Shown one piece after another: positions 42,121 through 52,600 of a stretch of DNA of 64,000 nucleotides (position 1 is its first letter; each line of letters opens with the position of its first letter). Below the pieces are notes generated by a model that saw only the letters and a list, made by a program, of their open reading frames with translations, ran no database searches and was not told the DNA's origin. The stretch covers positions 1,072 through 65,071 of the forward strand of contig CAMPAQ010000013.1 of assembly GCA_946631995.1 (NCBI GenBank), written 5' to 3'. A program made the translations under genes and the position numbers. Source of the DNA: an uncultured Bacteroidales bacterium (GTDB taxonomy: Bacteria; Bacteroidota; Bacteroidia; Bacteroidales; UBA3663).

Positions 42121-42152
42121 AAAAGTCGCTATCGTGTAGCGACTTTTTTTTT
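42121..42152. terminator. Bidirectional terminator between convergent genes
   Basis: aaaagtcgcta-tcgtg-tagcgactttt, with an A-run on the left and a T9 run on the right. Confidence 0.75.
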
Positions 42153-42170
42153 GTACGTATTTTCAAGGTC

Positions 42171-42941
42171 TCATCTCTTCCGCACCACCCAGATGCTCAC
42201 CTCATAGAGCAGGTAGAGCGGCACGGTGACGAGCAGAAGCGTGAAAATGTCGGGCGGCGTGATGATGGCGGCCAACACCATGATGCCGACAAGCGCGTGG
42301 CGGCGATAGCGGCGCATCACATCGGCCGAAAGCAGACCGATGCGTCCCAGAAACCAGCACACGAGCGGCAGCTGGAACACGACGCCCATCATGAACGTCA
42401 GCGTCGAGAAAGTCGAGATGTAGCTGTCCAAGGTGATGGCGTTCGTGACATCGGCCGAAACCTGATAAGTGCCCAAAAAGCGGAACGAGATGGGGAAAAG
42501 CACGAAATAGTTCATCGCCACGCCAAGGGCGAAAAGGACATACATCATGCCGCCCACACGCACCGCAAGGCGACGTTCATTGTCGTAGAGCGCTGGACTG
42601 ACGAACCCGAAAAACTCCAGCATGATGTAGGGCGAGGCGACCAACGCGGCCAGATAGAACGAGCTGGTGACGTGCGCCATGAACTGCCCCGAAAGCTCGG
42701 TGTTGATCAGCGCAATGTGCCACGGCTCGAAACGGAAATCGCTGCCAAATCCGCGTAGCAGCTCCTCGATGAGGCGGAACGTGACGAAATCGCACTCCTT
42801 CGGGGCCAACAGGATGTCGAAAACAGGCTCCTTCAGGCAGAAGATGCCGGCCGTGAGCGCACACAAAACAAGCGCAAGACGCCAAAGCATCCTGCGCAAC
42901 ACCTCCAGATGGTCCCCAAACGACATCAGCGGCAACATCAC
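42171..42941 (-). CDS. tatC: Twin-arginine translocase subunit TatC
   Basis: ..SFGDHLEVLRRMLWRLALVL.., six TM segments, ..FQLPLVCWFLGRIGLLS.. . It overlaps the tatA stop by 4 nt. Confidence 0.85.
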   Translation of the reverse strand: MMLPLMSFGDHLEVLRRMLWRLALVLCALTAGIFCLKEPVFDILLAPKECDFVTFRLIEELLRGFGSDFRFEPWHIALINTELSGQFMAHVTSSFYLAALVASPYIMLEFFGFVSPALYDNERRLAVRVGGMMYVLFALGVAMNYFVLFPISFRFLGTYQVSADVTNAITLDSYISTFSTLTFMMGVVFQLPLVCWFLGRIGLLSADVMRRYRRHALVGIMVLAAIITPPDIFTLLLVTVPLYLLYEVSIWVVRKR

Positions 42942-43156
42942 TCCTGCTTTTTGTCCGATGCCGGAGCCTCGTCTTTCGCTTGGGTGGCATTGGCCGACGG
43001 CTCATCCTTGCCGTTCATGCCGTCCTTGAAACTCTTCACGCCCTTGCCGAGGCCATTCATCAGTTCGGGAATCTTCTTGCCGCCGAACAGCAGCAGTACA
43101 ACCGCAAGAATTACAACGATTTCCGTCGTTCCGATAAAAAGGAATGAAATGTTCAT
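42938..43156 (-). CDS. tatA: Twin-arginine translocase TatA/TatE family subunit
   Basis: ..GTTEIVVILAVVLLLFGGKKIPELMNGLGKGVKSFKDGM.. is the canonical TatA TM plus amphipathic helix. Confidence 0.85.
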   Translation of the reverse strand: MNISFLFIGTTEIVVILAVVLLLFGGKKIPELMNGLGKGVKSFKDGMNGKDEPSANATQAKDEAPASDKKQE

Positions 43157-43198
43157 AACGTGAAGTTTTTAGGGATAATTGATTCAAGTTCGTGGCGA

Positions 43199-43206
43199 CA
43201 AAAGTA
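43199..43206 (-). promoter_or_regulatory. -7 promoter box TACTTTTG (minus strand)
   Basis: The plus strand reads caaaagta, 43 nt upstream of the ATG at 43156. Confidence 0.45.
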
Positions 43207-43288
43207 GCGAAAAAACGGCGAAGTTGTACCGCCGGCCAATGATTTACGGGGATTTTTTAGTAATTTCGCGGCCGAAAATCAGAAAAGC

Positions 43289-44539
43289 ATGACTGAACTC
43301 CAGACTCTAACCCTGCCAAACGGACTCCGCATCGTCCACCAAAACACCTCGACAGGCGTCGCCTACTGCGGATTCATGGTCGATTGCGGCACGCGCCACG
43401 AGCAGACTGCGGCCGACTTCGGCATGGCACATTTCGTCGAACATATCCTCTTCAAGGGCACGCGCAAACGCGACGCGTGGCACATCAACCAGCGGCTCGA
43501 AAGCGTGGGCGGCGAACTGAACGCCTTCACCACGAAGGAGGACACGACCTTCTATGCGGCTTTTCTGCCACAGGATTTCTCCATCGCCTGCGAACTGCTG
43601 TGCGACCTCATCTGCCACCCGACCGCCCCGCAGCACGAACTGGAAAAGGAACGCGAAGTCGTGCTCGACGAGATCGACAGCTACCGCGACACGCCGGCCG
43701 ACCTGATCTACGACGTGTTTGAAGACCGCCTGTTCGCCGGCACGCCGCTCGGACACAACATTCTCGGCTCGGAGGCAACCGTGCGCACCTTCGACCACGA
43801 CCGCTGCATCAGCTTCATCGGCCGCAACTACCGTCCCGAACGCATGGTCTTCTTCGCCTACGGGCCGATGCCCTGGACCTCCGTCGTGCGCCTCCTGACG
43901 AAGCATTTCGACCTCGCGGCTACGGCATCGGACATGAAAAGTCACGTAGTAGCCACGGCCGATGCCACTCCAGCCAATGTTTCAGCCACGGCCGATGCCA
44001 CATTCGGCGCACAGCATCAGGCTCATTGCATGCTGGGCTGCAAGGCATACTCCATCGGCCATAAGGATGCAGCTGCGCTGTCGCTCATCAACAACATACT
44101 CGGCGGACCGGGCATGAACAGCCGTCTGAACCAGCAGCTACGCGAAAAACGCGGTCTGGTCTATACCGTCGAGAGCACACTGACACGCTTCACCGACACG
44201 GGCTATTTCAGCATCTACTTTGGCTGCGACCACGACGATGCCGACCGCTGCCTGAACCTCTGCCGCAAGGAGCTGCGACGCCTCATCGACCAACCGCTCT
44301 CGCCGCGCCAGCTGAAGGCCGCGCAGAAGCAGTTCAAGGGGCAGATGGGCATCGGCACGGCCAATCTGGAGAACAATGCTCTGACGCTTGCCAAGTCGTA
44401 CTTGCGGCTCGGTCGGGTCGAGACGTTGGCCGACAACTGCGCCCGCATCGATGCCGTCACGTCCGAACAGATCCAGCGCGTGGCCAGCGAACTTTTTACC
44501 GACGGGAACCTGCTTGAGGTGCGCTCCTCGAAACTGTAA
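43289..44539 (+). CDS. M16-family (insulinase/pitrilysin-like) zinc peptidase
   Basis: The inverted zinc motif is ..GMAHFVEHILFKGT.. (HxxEH). 416 aa. Confidence 0.85.
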   Translation: MTELQTLTLPNGLRIVHQNTSTGVAYCGFMVDCGTRHEQTAADFGMAHFVEHILFKGTRKRDAWHINQRLESVGGELNAFTTKEDTTFYAAFLPQDFSIACELLCDLICHPTAPQHELEKEREVVLDEIDSYRDTPADLIYDVFEDRLFAGTPLGHNILGSEATVRTFDHDRCISFIGRNYRPERMVFFAYGPMPWTSVVRLLTKHFDLAATASDMKSHVVATADATPANVSATADATFGAQHQAHCMLGCKAYSIGHKDAAALSLINNILGGPGMNSRLNQQLREKRGLVYTVESTLTRFTDTGYFSIYFGCDHDDADRCLNLCRKELRRLIDQPLSPRQLKAAQKQFKGQMGIGTANLENNALTLAKSYLRLGRVETLADNCARIDAVTSEQIQRVASELFTDGNLLEVRSSKL

Positions 44540-44561
44540 TTTCCCATCACCGAATAAAATT

Positions 44562-44590
44562 GTAGAGACGCCACATTGTGACGTCTCTAC
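44562..44590. repeat. Family A palindrome GTAGAGACGCCACATTGTGACGTCTCTAC
   Basis: Identical to 35168-35196. It lies between convergent genes. Confidence 0.9.
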
Positions 44591-44674
44591 GACATCGGAA
44601 CACCAAAAACGTAAACAAAAAAAGACCTCCCAGCCAAAACTGGAAGGTCAATTTTTATATATTCAGGCAGGAGG

Positions 44675-47600
44675 TTACTTCTTGATGAAGACAACCTTGC
44701 CGTTCACGATGCTCATGCCATCGGCCTTGACAGCCTTCACACCATTGAGGTTGAAGATGTCGCCCTGCTCGCCTGCAACGCTGAGCGTCTCGATGCCGCT
44801 GACGTCTTCGCCCTCAGCAATTGTGATTGTCCAGCGTGCGTCGCCGCCGACGCTTTCAGGTGCAGTTGTGCCAAATGGATAGGCGAACGTGCCGTTGAAG
44901 TCGCCAGCAGCTGCATCGGCGAAGGTGACGATGCCTGCGATGCTGTTCTGAACGCCCTCACCCTCAGTGGTATCGCCGGTATCCTCAGAGGCACTGGTGT
45001 CAGCACCATCGAAGTTGAAGACGTTGCCGCTGATGTTCCAAGTCGGATTAGCACCGTTCTGGCCGCCATTCATGCCCTTGATGACCTGTCCGCTCTTGCC
45101 GCAGTTCACGAAGATGTTGTTCTGAACGGTGTAAGCCAGCCACTTCTGGTTTGACTGACGGTGCGTGAAGAAGTTCTTGCCAGAAGCCAGATTGTACATG
45201 GTGTTGTTAGTGAACGTGAAGGTCTGCGTAGCATCCTCCTTGTACTCCGTAGTCTTCTGTCCGCTCTGTGAGCTGTAGAGCGACTTCGTTGTAGCCGTAG
45301 GAGCATAGAACGTAGAGTTCGTCACGGTGAAGTTCACAGCCGTGCTGCCCTTCGTGTAGTCGAAGGTGGTGGCATCGGCAGCCAGCTCAACAACACACTT
45401 GTCAACAATGACATCACCAAAGTAGTTCTTGCAAGCGCTATAGAACAGTGCCTTGGTAAGACCCTTCACGGTAACGCCCTTGATGGTTACGTTGGCTTCT
45501 GTCCACTCGGTTGGGGTCTCAACCACTGCCATCTCGATGAAGTTGGCGGCCAATGCCGATGCATCGACTGTTGCGCCGTTGCCGTTGATGGTCACGCTTG
45601 CCGGAGCAACGATTGATGCGCTGATGGTGTAGCTGCCACCCTCTGCGAGGTTGATGGTGATGTTGCCGACCTTCTTGCCCTCAGAGGCTGTTGCCAAAGC
45701 AGCTGCAATGTCACCCTCAGCAGGAGAAATCACGATGTCAACAGGAACCTGAGCAGCGGTAACGGTCCAGCGTGGGTCGCCAACAACTACTGTAGGCTCG
45801 GCAGGAACTGTTGCAACTCCCAACTCTGCGTTGAAGTCGCCATTGGCTGCATCGGCGAAGGTGACAACACCAGCCACGCTGTTCTGAACGCCCTCACCCT
45901 CAGTGGTATCGCCGGTATCCTCAGAGGCACTGGTGTCAGCACCATCGAAGTTGAAGACGTTGCCGCTGATGTTCCAAGTCGGATTAGCACCGTTCTGGCC
46001 GCCATTCATGCCCTTGATGACCTGTCCGCTCTTGCCGCAGTTCACGAAGATGTTGTTCTGAACGGTGTAAGCCAGCCACTTCTGGTTTGACTGACGGTGC
46101 GTGAAGAAGTTCTTGCCAGAAGCCAGATTGTACATGGTGTTGTTAGTGAACGTGAAGGTCTGCGTAGCATCCTCCTTGTACTCCGTAGTCTTCTGTCCGC
46201 TCTGTGAGCTGTAGAGCGACTTCGTTGTAGCCGTAGGAGCATAGAACGTAGAGTTCGTCACGGTGAAGTTCACAGCCGTGCTGCCCTTCGTGTAGTCGAA
46301 GGTGGTGGCATCGGCAGCCAGCTCAACAACACACTTGTCAACAATGACATCACCAAAGTAGTTCTTGCAAGCGCTATAGAACAGTGCCTTGGTAAGACCC
46401 TTCACGGTAACGCCCTTGATGGTTACGTTGGCTTCTGTCCACTCGGTTGGGGTCTCAACCACTGCCATCTCGATGAAGTTGGCGGCCAATGCCGATGCAT
46501 CGACTGTTGCGCCGTTGCCGTTGATGGTCACGCTTGCCGGAGCAACGATTGATGCGCTGATGGTGTAGCTGCCACCCTCTGCGAGGTTGATGGTGATGTT
46601 GCCGACCTTCTTGCCCTCGATTGCAGCAGCGAGTTCGGTTGCGATGTCCTTGCCAGATTCGAGAGTAAGCTCGATGTCTTCAGCAGCTGGAACAACCTCT
46701 TCAAACTTGACATTCTTGAACGAGAGCCAGCTGATGTTGTTGTCGGCTGCGACGTTGAACTTGACGGTCAAGACGCCATCTTCGCCAACAGTACCCTCGG
46801 CTGTAACCTCCTTCAGATAGAACTGTGAGGTGCCGATCTGTGCGCCATCGGCCACATTGACAGCCTCGCCGTCGTTAGCCTGGAAGGTAATGCCAGAGGC
46901 TGGAGCCTCTGCGCCATTCTTGATGCGTACACGAACCCATGCAGAAACCGCGTAGTTGCCGGCAGCAACGCCGTTCAAGGTAGCAGTGAGGGTCTTTTCT
47001 CCAAGGCTGCCGTCATCGCCGGTCCAATATTCGATGAATGGAACCTTGAATTCAGAGCCGTCAGTGTTGCCTTCAGTTGACCATGTGTTCACGTGGTAGC
47101 TGTTCCAGTTCTCGACGGTCTCGTCCCATACGCTCATTATCAAATCATCAACAGTGTTGCTTGCACGCCAGCCGGTCACGGTGTTCGGATCCTGCAAGGC
47201 GTTGGCCTCGTCGGTGGTCAATGTCTTTGCAGCCAACTTTTCGGTCCACTGTGTGTAGTAGGTTGCCAATGCCTCGGCTGTGTAGAGGTTCGTAGCATCG
47301 ACGAATTCCTTCATCGCTGCGAGCTTCTCGCTTGCCGATGCGTAGGCTGTAGCCGATGCCTTGGCAGCGCTTGTTGCTTCGGTAAGTGCAGTAGTTGCAG
47401 CTGCGAGAGCATCGCCATTGGTCTTGTCAACTTCAGCGGCGATGGCTGCGGCAAGAGCGGTTGCCACCTCGGCATTCATGTTGCCGGTGACGGCTTGTGC
47501 TTCAGCAAGAGCATTGTTGTAGGCAGTTGTCAGACCTTCCATGTCGAAGCCCTTAACGAAGGTGAGACGGAAGTTGTCGACCTTGTACCAATATTTGTTC

Positions 47601-49333
47601 ACGCCCTCGGCTCCGATGGTTGCGGTATTGTCAAGCACGTTGAATTCGACCTGACCCTCGACACCGGTACCCTTGTCTGTAGCGTCAATCTGGATGCTCT
47701 TGTCATTGGCATTCAGCTGTACCTTTTGGCCACCATCGGTTGCGATGGTTGCTGTCAGGATATATGTACCGTTCGGCAGGTCTTCGACCTTCTGGCTGAT
47801 GGCGTTGCCGCTGCTCCAGATGTTGAAGAGGTAGTTACCGTCGCAGTTCGTCATGGTGTAGGTCGCATTGCTGTTCTCCTTGGCACCGTGGTCGTTGCTG
47901 GTCTCGTATGTCCAGCCAGTCGTTCCGTTCTCGAAACTTGGGTTGGTGATGGCAGATGTCATGTCTGCGCCCTCGGTAGCCTTCGATGTGTTGACAGCCA
48001 ATTTCACGAGGTGCAGAGCCTCGGTTGCGGCAGCTGCGGTGGTTTCGGCCGAAGCGAGTACGGCCTTGGCATCGGTTGCGTCAACTCCGGCAGCACTGGC
48101 ATCGGCGATGGCCTGTACCAGTGCGTCGTATGCGTCTTTTGCAGCATAGAATGGAGCGATGGCAGCCTGTGCAGCAGCCTTAGTCTCGGCCGCAGCGATG
48201 GCAGCCTTCTCTGCGCCTGCTACGTTGGCGTATGCCTCGTAAGCGGCCACGGTTGCAGCAATGCCCTTCCAATATTCATCCTGTGCAGCAGCATCAGCCT
48301 CTGCCTTGTCGCTGGTCTGGGTGAGAGACTTGATCTGGATGGTGTGCCAGTTAGAGCCTTCAACATCCTTGCGCAGACCCATCTTCAGAGTACCGTCGCT
48401 CACAACTACGTTTTCGAGAGTTACGATGTTGTTGGTACCGACAGCAGTCTGATGAACGACAGGGATGGTCTTTTCAACATCGCCAGCATAGACGATGGCA
48501 CGACCAAGCTCACCATTCAAGGCTGCCGAAGTGAAGCCACGGCCAGAGGTGTATGAAGCGTTGGCATAAAGTTCGACGGTATATGTACCATTAGCCAAGC
48601 CCTCAACGGTCTGATAAAGGACATCACCGAGGAGGGCTGTAGTAGCACCATTGTAATGCTCCTTCTGAGCAACATCCTTGGTGTAGTTGCCTACGCCATT
48701 GCCGGACATTTCACTCTTCCAGCCATTCACATCAACCGATGCAGTGCAATCGACTGGGGAGAATGGAGCTGTTACCTCTCTAGTAATAAGCAACTTCGTG
48801 ATAAATACGTTGGTAGAAGCCTTTGAGCGTGCCAACTGAATCTGCTTGCTGCCAGCCTGATCGGTGATGGTGTAGGTGTTTGTGTTTGCCTCTTTAGCAC
48901 CGCCAATGGCATTGGCATTAATGTTGTTCCAGACATTGTTGCTTCCCTCATCGATGGCAGTACCAGTGCCAAAGGCGATGTAGAGATTGCCCACTTTCTC
49001 GGTGGGTGATTCGAGAAGGTTTCCATTTCCGTCGGTGGTTTCATCCTTGTCACGGTAGCCTGTGATGGCGATTACGTCACCTTCGGCCAATGCATTCTCC
49101 AATGTGATGGTCACATTGTCGTCTGCGATGGCAGCCTTCTTGGCGCTGACTGTGATGCGGGAGGCGGCAATGGCCGTGTTGGCTCCATTGGCCACAACCG
49201 TACCACCAGATTCGGTTGCGGCTTCACTTCCGCCCTCCCAAGAGTAAATGACGACTGTGTCAGCCAGTGCACTGCCTGTTGCAAGCATCATTGCACTCGC
49301 TGCTACAAAAGAAAAGAATTTCTTCATGTGCAT
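44675..49333 (-). CDS. Giant T9SS cargo protein (~1550 aa): four CBM-like beta-sandwich modules, Ala-rich helical spacers, two beta-helix-like modules and a C-terminal sorting domain
   Basis: - Signal peptide M(H)MKKFFSFVAASAMMLATGSALA. The start was moved to the ATG at 49333; 49327 is also possible.
- ..ITNPSFENGTTGWTYE.. is a CBM-type opening.
- There are long A/E/K/T-rich helical stretches.
- The module ..ITINLAEGGSYTIS..VTIKGVTVKGL..FTVTNSTFY..FTFTNNTMYNL..VQNNIFVNCG.. is duplicated. It looks like a parallel beta-helix, possibly a DUF4957-type module (low confidence, from memory).
- The C-terminus ..DIFNLNGVKAVKADGMSIVNGKVVFIKK is a T9SS C-terminal sorting domain. Confidence 0.7.
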   Translation of the reverse strand: MHMKKFFSFVAASAMMLATGSALADTVVIYSWEGGSEAATESGGTVVANGANTAIAASRITVSAKKAAIADDNVTITLENALAEGDVIAITGYRDKDETTDGNGNLLESPTEKVGNLYIAFGTGTAIDEGSNNVWNNINANAIGGAKEANTNTYTITDQAGSKQIQLARSKASTNVFITKLLITREVTAPFSPVDCTASVDVNGWKSEMSGNGVGNYTKDVAQKEHYNGATTALLGDVLYQTVEGLANGTYTVELYANASYTSGRGFTSAALNGELGRAIVYAGDVEKTIPVVHQTAVGTNNIVTLENVVVSDGTLKMGLRKDVEGSNWHTIQIKSLTQTSDKAEADAAAQDEYWKGIAATVAAYEAYANVAGAEKAAIAAAETKAAAQAAIAPFYAAKDAYDALVQAIADASAAGVDATDAKAVLASAETTAAAATEALHLVKLAVNTSKATEGADMTSAITNPSFENGTTGWTYETSNDHGAKENSNATYTMTNCDGNYLFNIWSSGNAISQKVEDLPNGTYILTATIATDGGQKVQLNANDKSIQIDATDKGTGVEGQVEFNVLDNTATIGAEGVNKYWYKVDNFRLTFVKGFDMEGLTTAYNNALAEAQAVTGNMNAEVATALAAAIAAEVDKTNGDALAAATTALTEATSAAKASATAYASASEKLAAMKEFVDATNLYTAEALATYYTQWTEKLAAKTLTTDEANALQDPNTVTGWRASNTVDDLIMSVWDETVENWNSYHVNTWSTEGNTDGSEFKVPFIEYWTGDDGSLGEKTLTATLNGVAAGNYAVSAWVRVRIKNGAEAPASGITFQANDGEAVNVADGAQIGTSQFYLKEVTAEGTVGEDGVLTVKFNVAADNNISWLSFKNVKFEEVVPAAEDIELTLESGKDIATELAAAIEGKKVGNITINLAEGGSYTISASIVAPASVTINGNGATVDASALAANFIEMAVVETPTEWTEANVTIKGVTVKGLTKALFYSACKNYFGDVIVDKCVVELAADATTFDYTKGSTAVNFTVTNSTFYAPTATTKSLYSSQSGQKTTEYKEDATQTFTFTNNTMYNLASGKNFFTHRQSNQKWLAYTVQNNIFVNCGKSGQVIKGMNGGQNGANPTWNISGNVFNFDGADTSASEDTGDTTEGEGVQNSVAGVVTFADAANGDFNAELGVATVPAEPTVVVGDPRWTVTAAQVPVDIVISPAEGDIAAALATASEGKKVGNITINLAEGGSYTISASIVAPASVTINGNGATVDASALAANFIEMAVVETPTEWTEANVTIKGVTVKGLTKALFYSACKNYFGDVIVDKCVVELAADATTFDYTKGSTAVNFTVTNSTFYAPTATTKSLYSSQSGQKTTEYKEDATQTFTFTNNTMYNLASGKNFFTHRQSNQKWLAYTVQNNIFVNCGKSGQVIKGMNGGQNGANPTWNISGNVFNFDGADTSASEDTGDTTEGEGVQNSIAGIVTFADAAAGDFNGTFAYPFGTTAPESVGGDARWTITIAEGEDVSGIETLSVAGEQGDIFNLNGVKAVKADGMSIVNGKVVFIKK
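44942..45682 (-). repeat. 741-bp exact intragenic duplication, copy A
   Basis: I compared it base by base with 45878-46618 (offset 936 bp) and found no mismatch. It encodes 247 identical aa. Confidence 0.9.
45878..46618 (-). repeat. 741-bp exact intragenic duplication, copy B
   Basis: See 44942-45682. Flanking similarity continues imperfectly for about 35 bp on the low-coordinate side. Confidence 0.9.
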
Positions 49334-49488
49334 TTGTGATTTAAAAGTTAATAATAAGGTTAATTGAGATTTTTGAGAATTCACGGTTTGATCTAATCAG
49401 CTAACTGTTATTCAAGATTTTTATTGGCAAGTGTCGGTTAATTAGATTCGGTCATTACAAACTTACAGGGTATGTAGATTCGCGGCTG

Positions 49489-49496
49489 CAAAGATA
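49489..49496 (-). promoter_or_regulatory. -7 promoter box TATCTTTG (minus strand)
   Basis: The plus strand reads caaagata, about 155 nt upstream of the ATG at 49333. Confidence 0.4.
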
Positions 49497-49616
49497 TATT
49501 TTAAATGTTAAGGCGCAAAGAAATTGTAAAAAAAACATCGAATGGAATCCATCGGAACAAGAATTTCGCACAACTACGCGAAAAAAATTCAAACGTCCGA
49601 TAAATTCCATTCAAAA

Positions 49617-52600
49617 TCACTTCAAGTTGTCGATGAAGAGCAGCAGGCGGTTGGTGATGTTGACCTCGCTCACACCGGCGTCGAAGTCAATGCTGAGCAG
49701 ATTCATGTCGGGATAGACCGCCTTGATGCGACGCTCCACGCCACGCGCGATGATGTGGTTGGCGATGCAGCCGAAGGGTTGCAGCGAGATGACGTGGTTC
49801 ACGCCCATCTTGGCAAATTCTGCCACCTCGGCCGGCAGCAGCCACCCCTCGCCGAACTGCGCATTGAGCGTCAGGATGTCCTGTCCGGCACGCGCCTCGT
49901 CGAAGATGTCGCGTAGCGGCTGGTAGTAGCGGAAACGCGCACCGATGCGGTTGAACTTGGCATATTGGCGACGGATAATCTTGTAGAAAGCCGCAAAGAT
50001 GAAGTCGGGCACCTTGCTGCGCGTGATGTGCGTGTCGAGGTTGACGCGGCGGTTGACGAACGACTGCATGAAGAAGTCGATCAGGATGGGCGGCTGGACT
50101 TCGATACCTCGGCCGATGAGCCAATCGACGACATGCTTGTGCGCGTAGGGATGGAACTTGAGGAAAATCTCGCCCACCACGCCGACCTTCTTCGTCTCGC
50201 GGTCGATGCAGATGTCGTTGAACTCGTCGGCGGCATTGGCCAAAAGGCGCAGCAGGCCCTTGCGGTCCTTGCGGGTGAGTGCCTCGACACCGAGCTGCAG
50301 GTATTTGTCGCGTAGCGCATTGGCCAACCCAGGCTCCTTTTCGCGCACGGCAGCGGGATAGTAGAACTTGGCCAAGACGTCGCCGTACATGATGCCGTAG
50401 AACACCGTAGGCAGGATTTTGCGCACAGGGAATGTGAAGCCAGGCTGGTCGTTGCCGAGGTCTTCGAACGCGACGCTGATGACGGGCACCTGCGGGAAGC
50501 CGGAATCAACCAATGCCTTCTTTATCAGCGTGATGTAGTTCGATGCGCGACATTGGCCACCGGTCTGCGTGATGGCGACGGCTGTCTTTTCGGGGTCGTA
50601 GCGGCCGCTGCGGAACGCCTTGACGAAGTCGCCCACAATCAACGTAGCGGGGTAGCAGACCTCATTGTTCGCGTAGCGCAGTCCCATGTCGCCCGACAGG
50701 TTGTCGCTGAGCGGCAGACTTTCGCAGTCGTAGCCCGACAGCTTGAACACAACGGGGATGAACGGCGAGACGAACTGCGTGAAGAACGGGATGAGAATCT
50801 TGCGGCCGCGGCACGATTCGTCGAACGTCGGCGTCGTGGTGAACTTCTCGGGATTGCGTTTTTGGCCGATGGCGTTCTTCTGCTTGGCCAGCTTGAGCGA
50901 CTCGATGAGACTGCGGATGCGCAGCTTCATCGAACCGACGTTGTTGATGTCGTCCAACTTCAGGAGCGTCAGCGACTTGTGATGCCGCACCATCAGGTCG
51001 CGCACTTCATCGACAAGGAAGGCATCCGGCCCGCAGCCGAACGAGGTGAACTGCACCAGATGGACGTCGTCGCCCTGCATCGCACACCACTTGGCCGCCT
51101 TCAGGATGCGGTTCGGATAGGCCCACTGCGGCACGAAATGCACATCGGCCAAGTCAATCTGCTTGTTGCGCACAATGTCGTCGGTGATGACATCGACGCC
51201 CATTCCGGCAATCATGTCGGCCACCTGATGCTGGATGAGCGGGTCGCTGTGGTAGGGTCGGCCGGCCAAGAGGATGACCATATGGCCGTTGTTGCGCGCC
51301 TCGGCCAGGATGTCGTCGCTGTAGCGGGCCAAAGCCTGCTCATATTCGTGCTGTTCGTAGCGGGCACGCGCAAATGCCTCATGCACAATCTTTTTGCTCT
51401 TCACGCCGAGCTGCGCCATCAGTTCGGTGCATTGGCGGAGGAGCAGATTTTCGTCCTTGAAGCTGATGGCCGGACTTATCATGTTGATCTGGCCGCCCTG
51501 CACGCTGCGGATCACCTCGCTGTAGCCCGTCACCACGGGGCAGTTGTAGCTGTTCTGCCCGTCGGCCTGCTTCTCGTGGATGACGAACGGCAGGAAGATG
51601 TCCGTCACGCCCTTGTCAATCAGGTTCTGCACGTGGCTGTGCATCAGCTTGGCCGGGAAGCAGATGTTGTCGCTCATCACCATGCCGGCCTTCTGCTCGT
51701 AGCGGCGGTAGTTCGACACATCGCTCAGCACTACGCGGATTCCGCACTGCTCGAAGAAGGTGTGCCAGAACGGGAACTCCTCATACTGGTTCAAGCCGCG
51801 CGGGATGCCGATGGTCTGGATCTTGGCCGATGTCGTTTTCGGGGCGTTGGCCGATGCCTTTCCGTCGCGGTCGAACAGCGCACGGAGCTTCATGTCGTAG
51901 GCATTCAGACCCTTCCTTTTGGCCGATGCGCCATTGACGAAGACCTTCTCGCAGCGGTTGCCGGAGAAGTAGGTCTTGCCGTTGCCGAACTTGTAGGTCG
52001 TGACCAGACATTGGTTGTCGCAGCCGTGGCAATAGACATTCTTGGTCGTGAAGTCGGCCTTAGCCAACAATTCATCCAACTTTTTGTTGGCCGATGGTGT
52101 ATTCAAACACCCTCCCTCGGGAGGGCTGGGGAGGGGTCGCGTGTTGTTCTTCGCATACAGCGCACAGCCGTAGGCACCCATCAGTTCGGGCTTGTCGCAG
52201 CGCGACACTTCGGCACCGGTAAGCAGTTCGAGAGCGCGCACCACGGCATCGTTCCGCATCGTTCCTCCCTGCACGACGATGTGCTTGCCGAGGTCGTTGA
52301 CCGACTTGAGTTTCAGCACCTTGTAGAGGCAGTTGCGGATGACGGAATAGGCCAATCCGGCCGACAGATCGGCCACCGATGCACCTTCGCGCAACACCTG
52401 CTTGACCTTCGAGTTCATGAACACCGTGCAGCGCGTGCCCAAGTCGCACGGAGCCTGGCTCTTGCGCGCCTCGGCAGCAAAATCGGCCACTCCATAGCCC
52501 AACGATGTCGCAAAAGTCGAGAGGAACGAGCCGCAGCCCGACGAACATGCCTCGTTGATTTCCATGCGGTTGATGACGCCCTCCTGCACGAAGATGGCCT

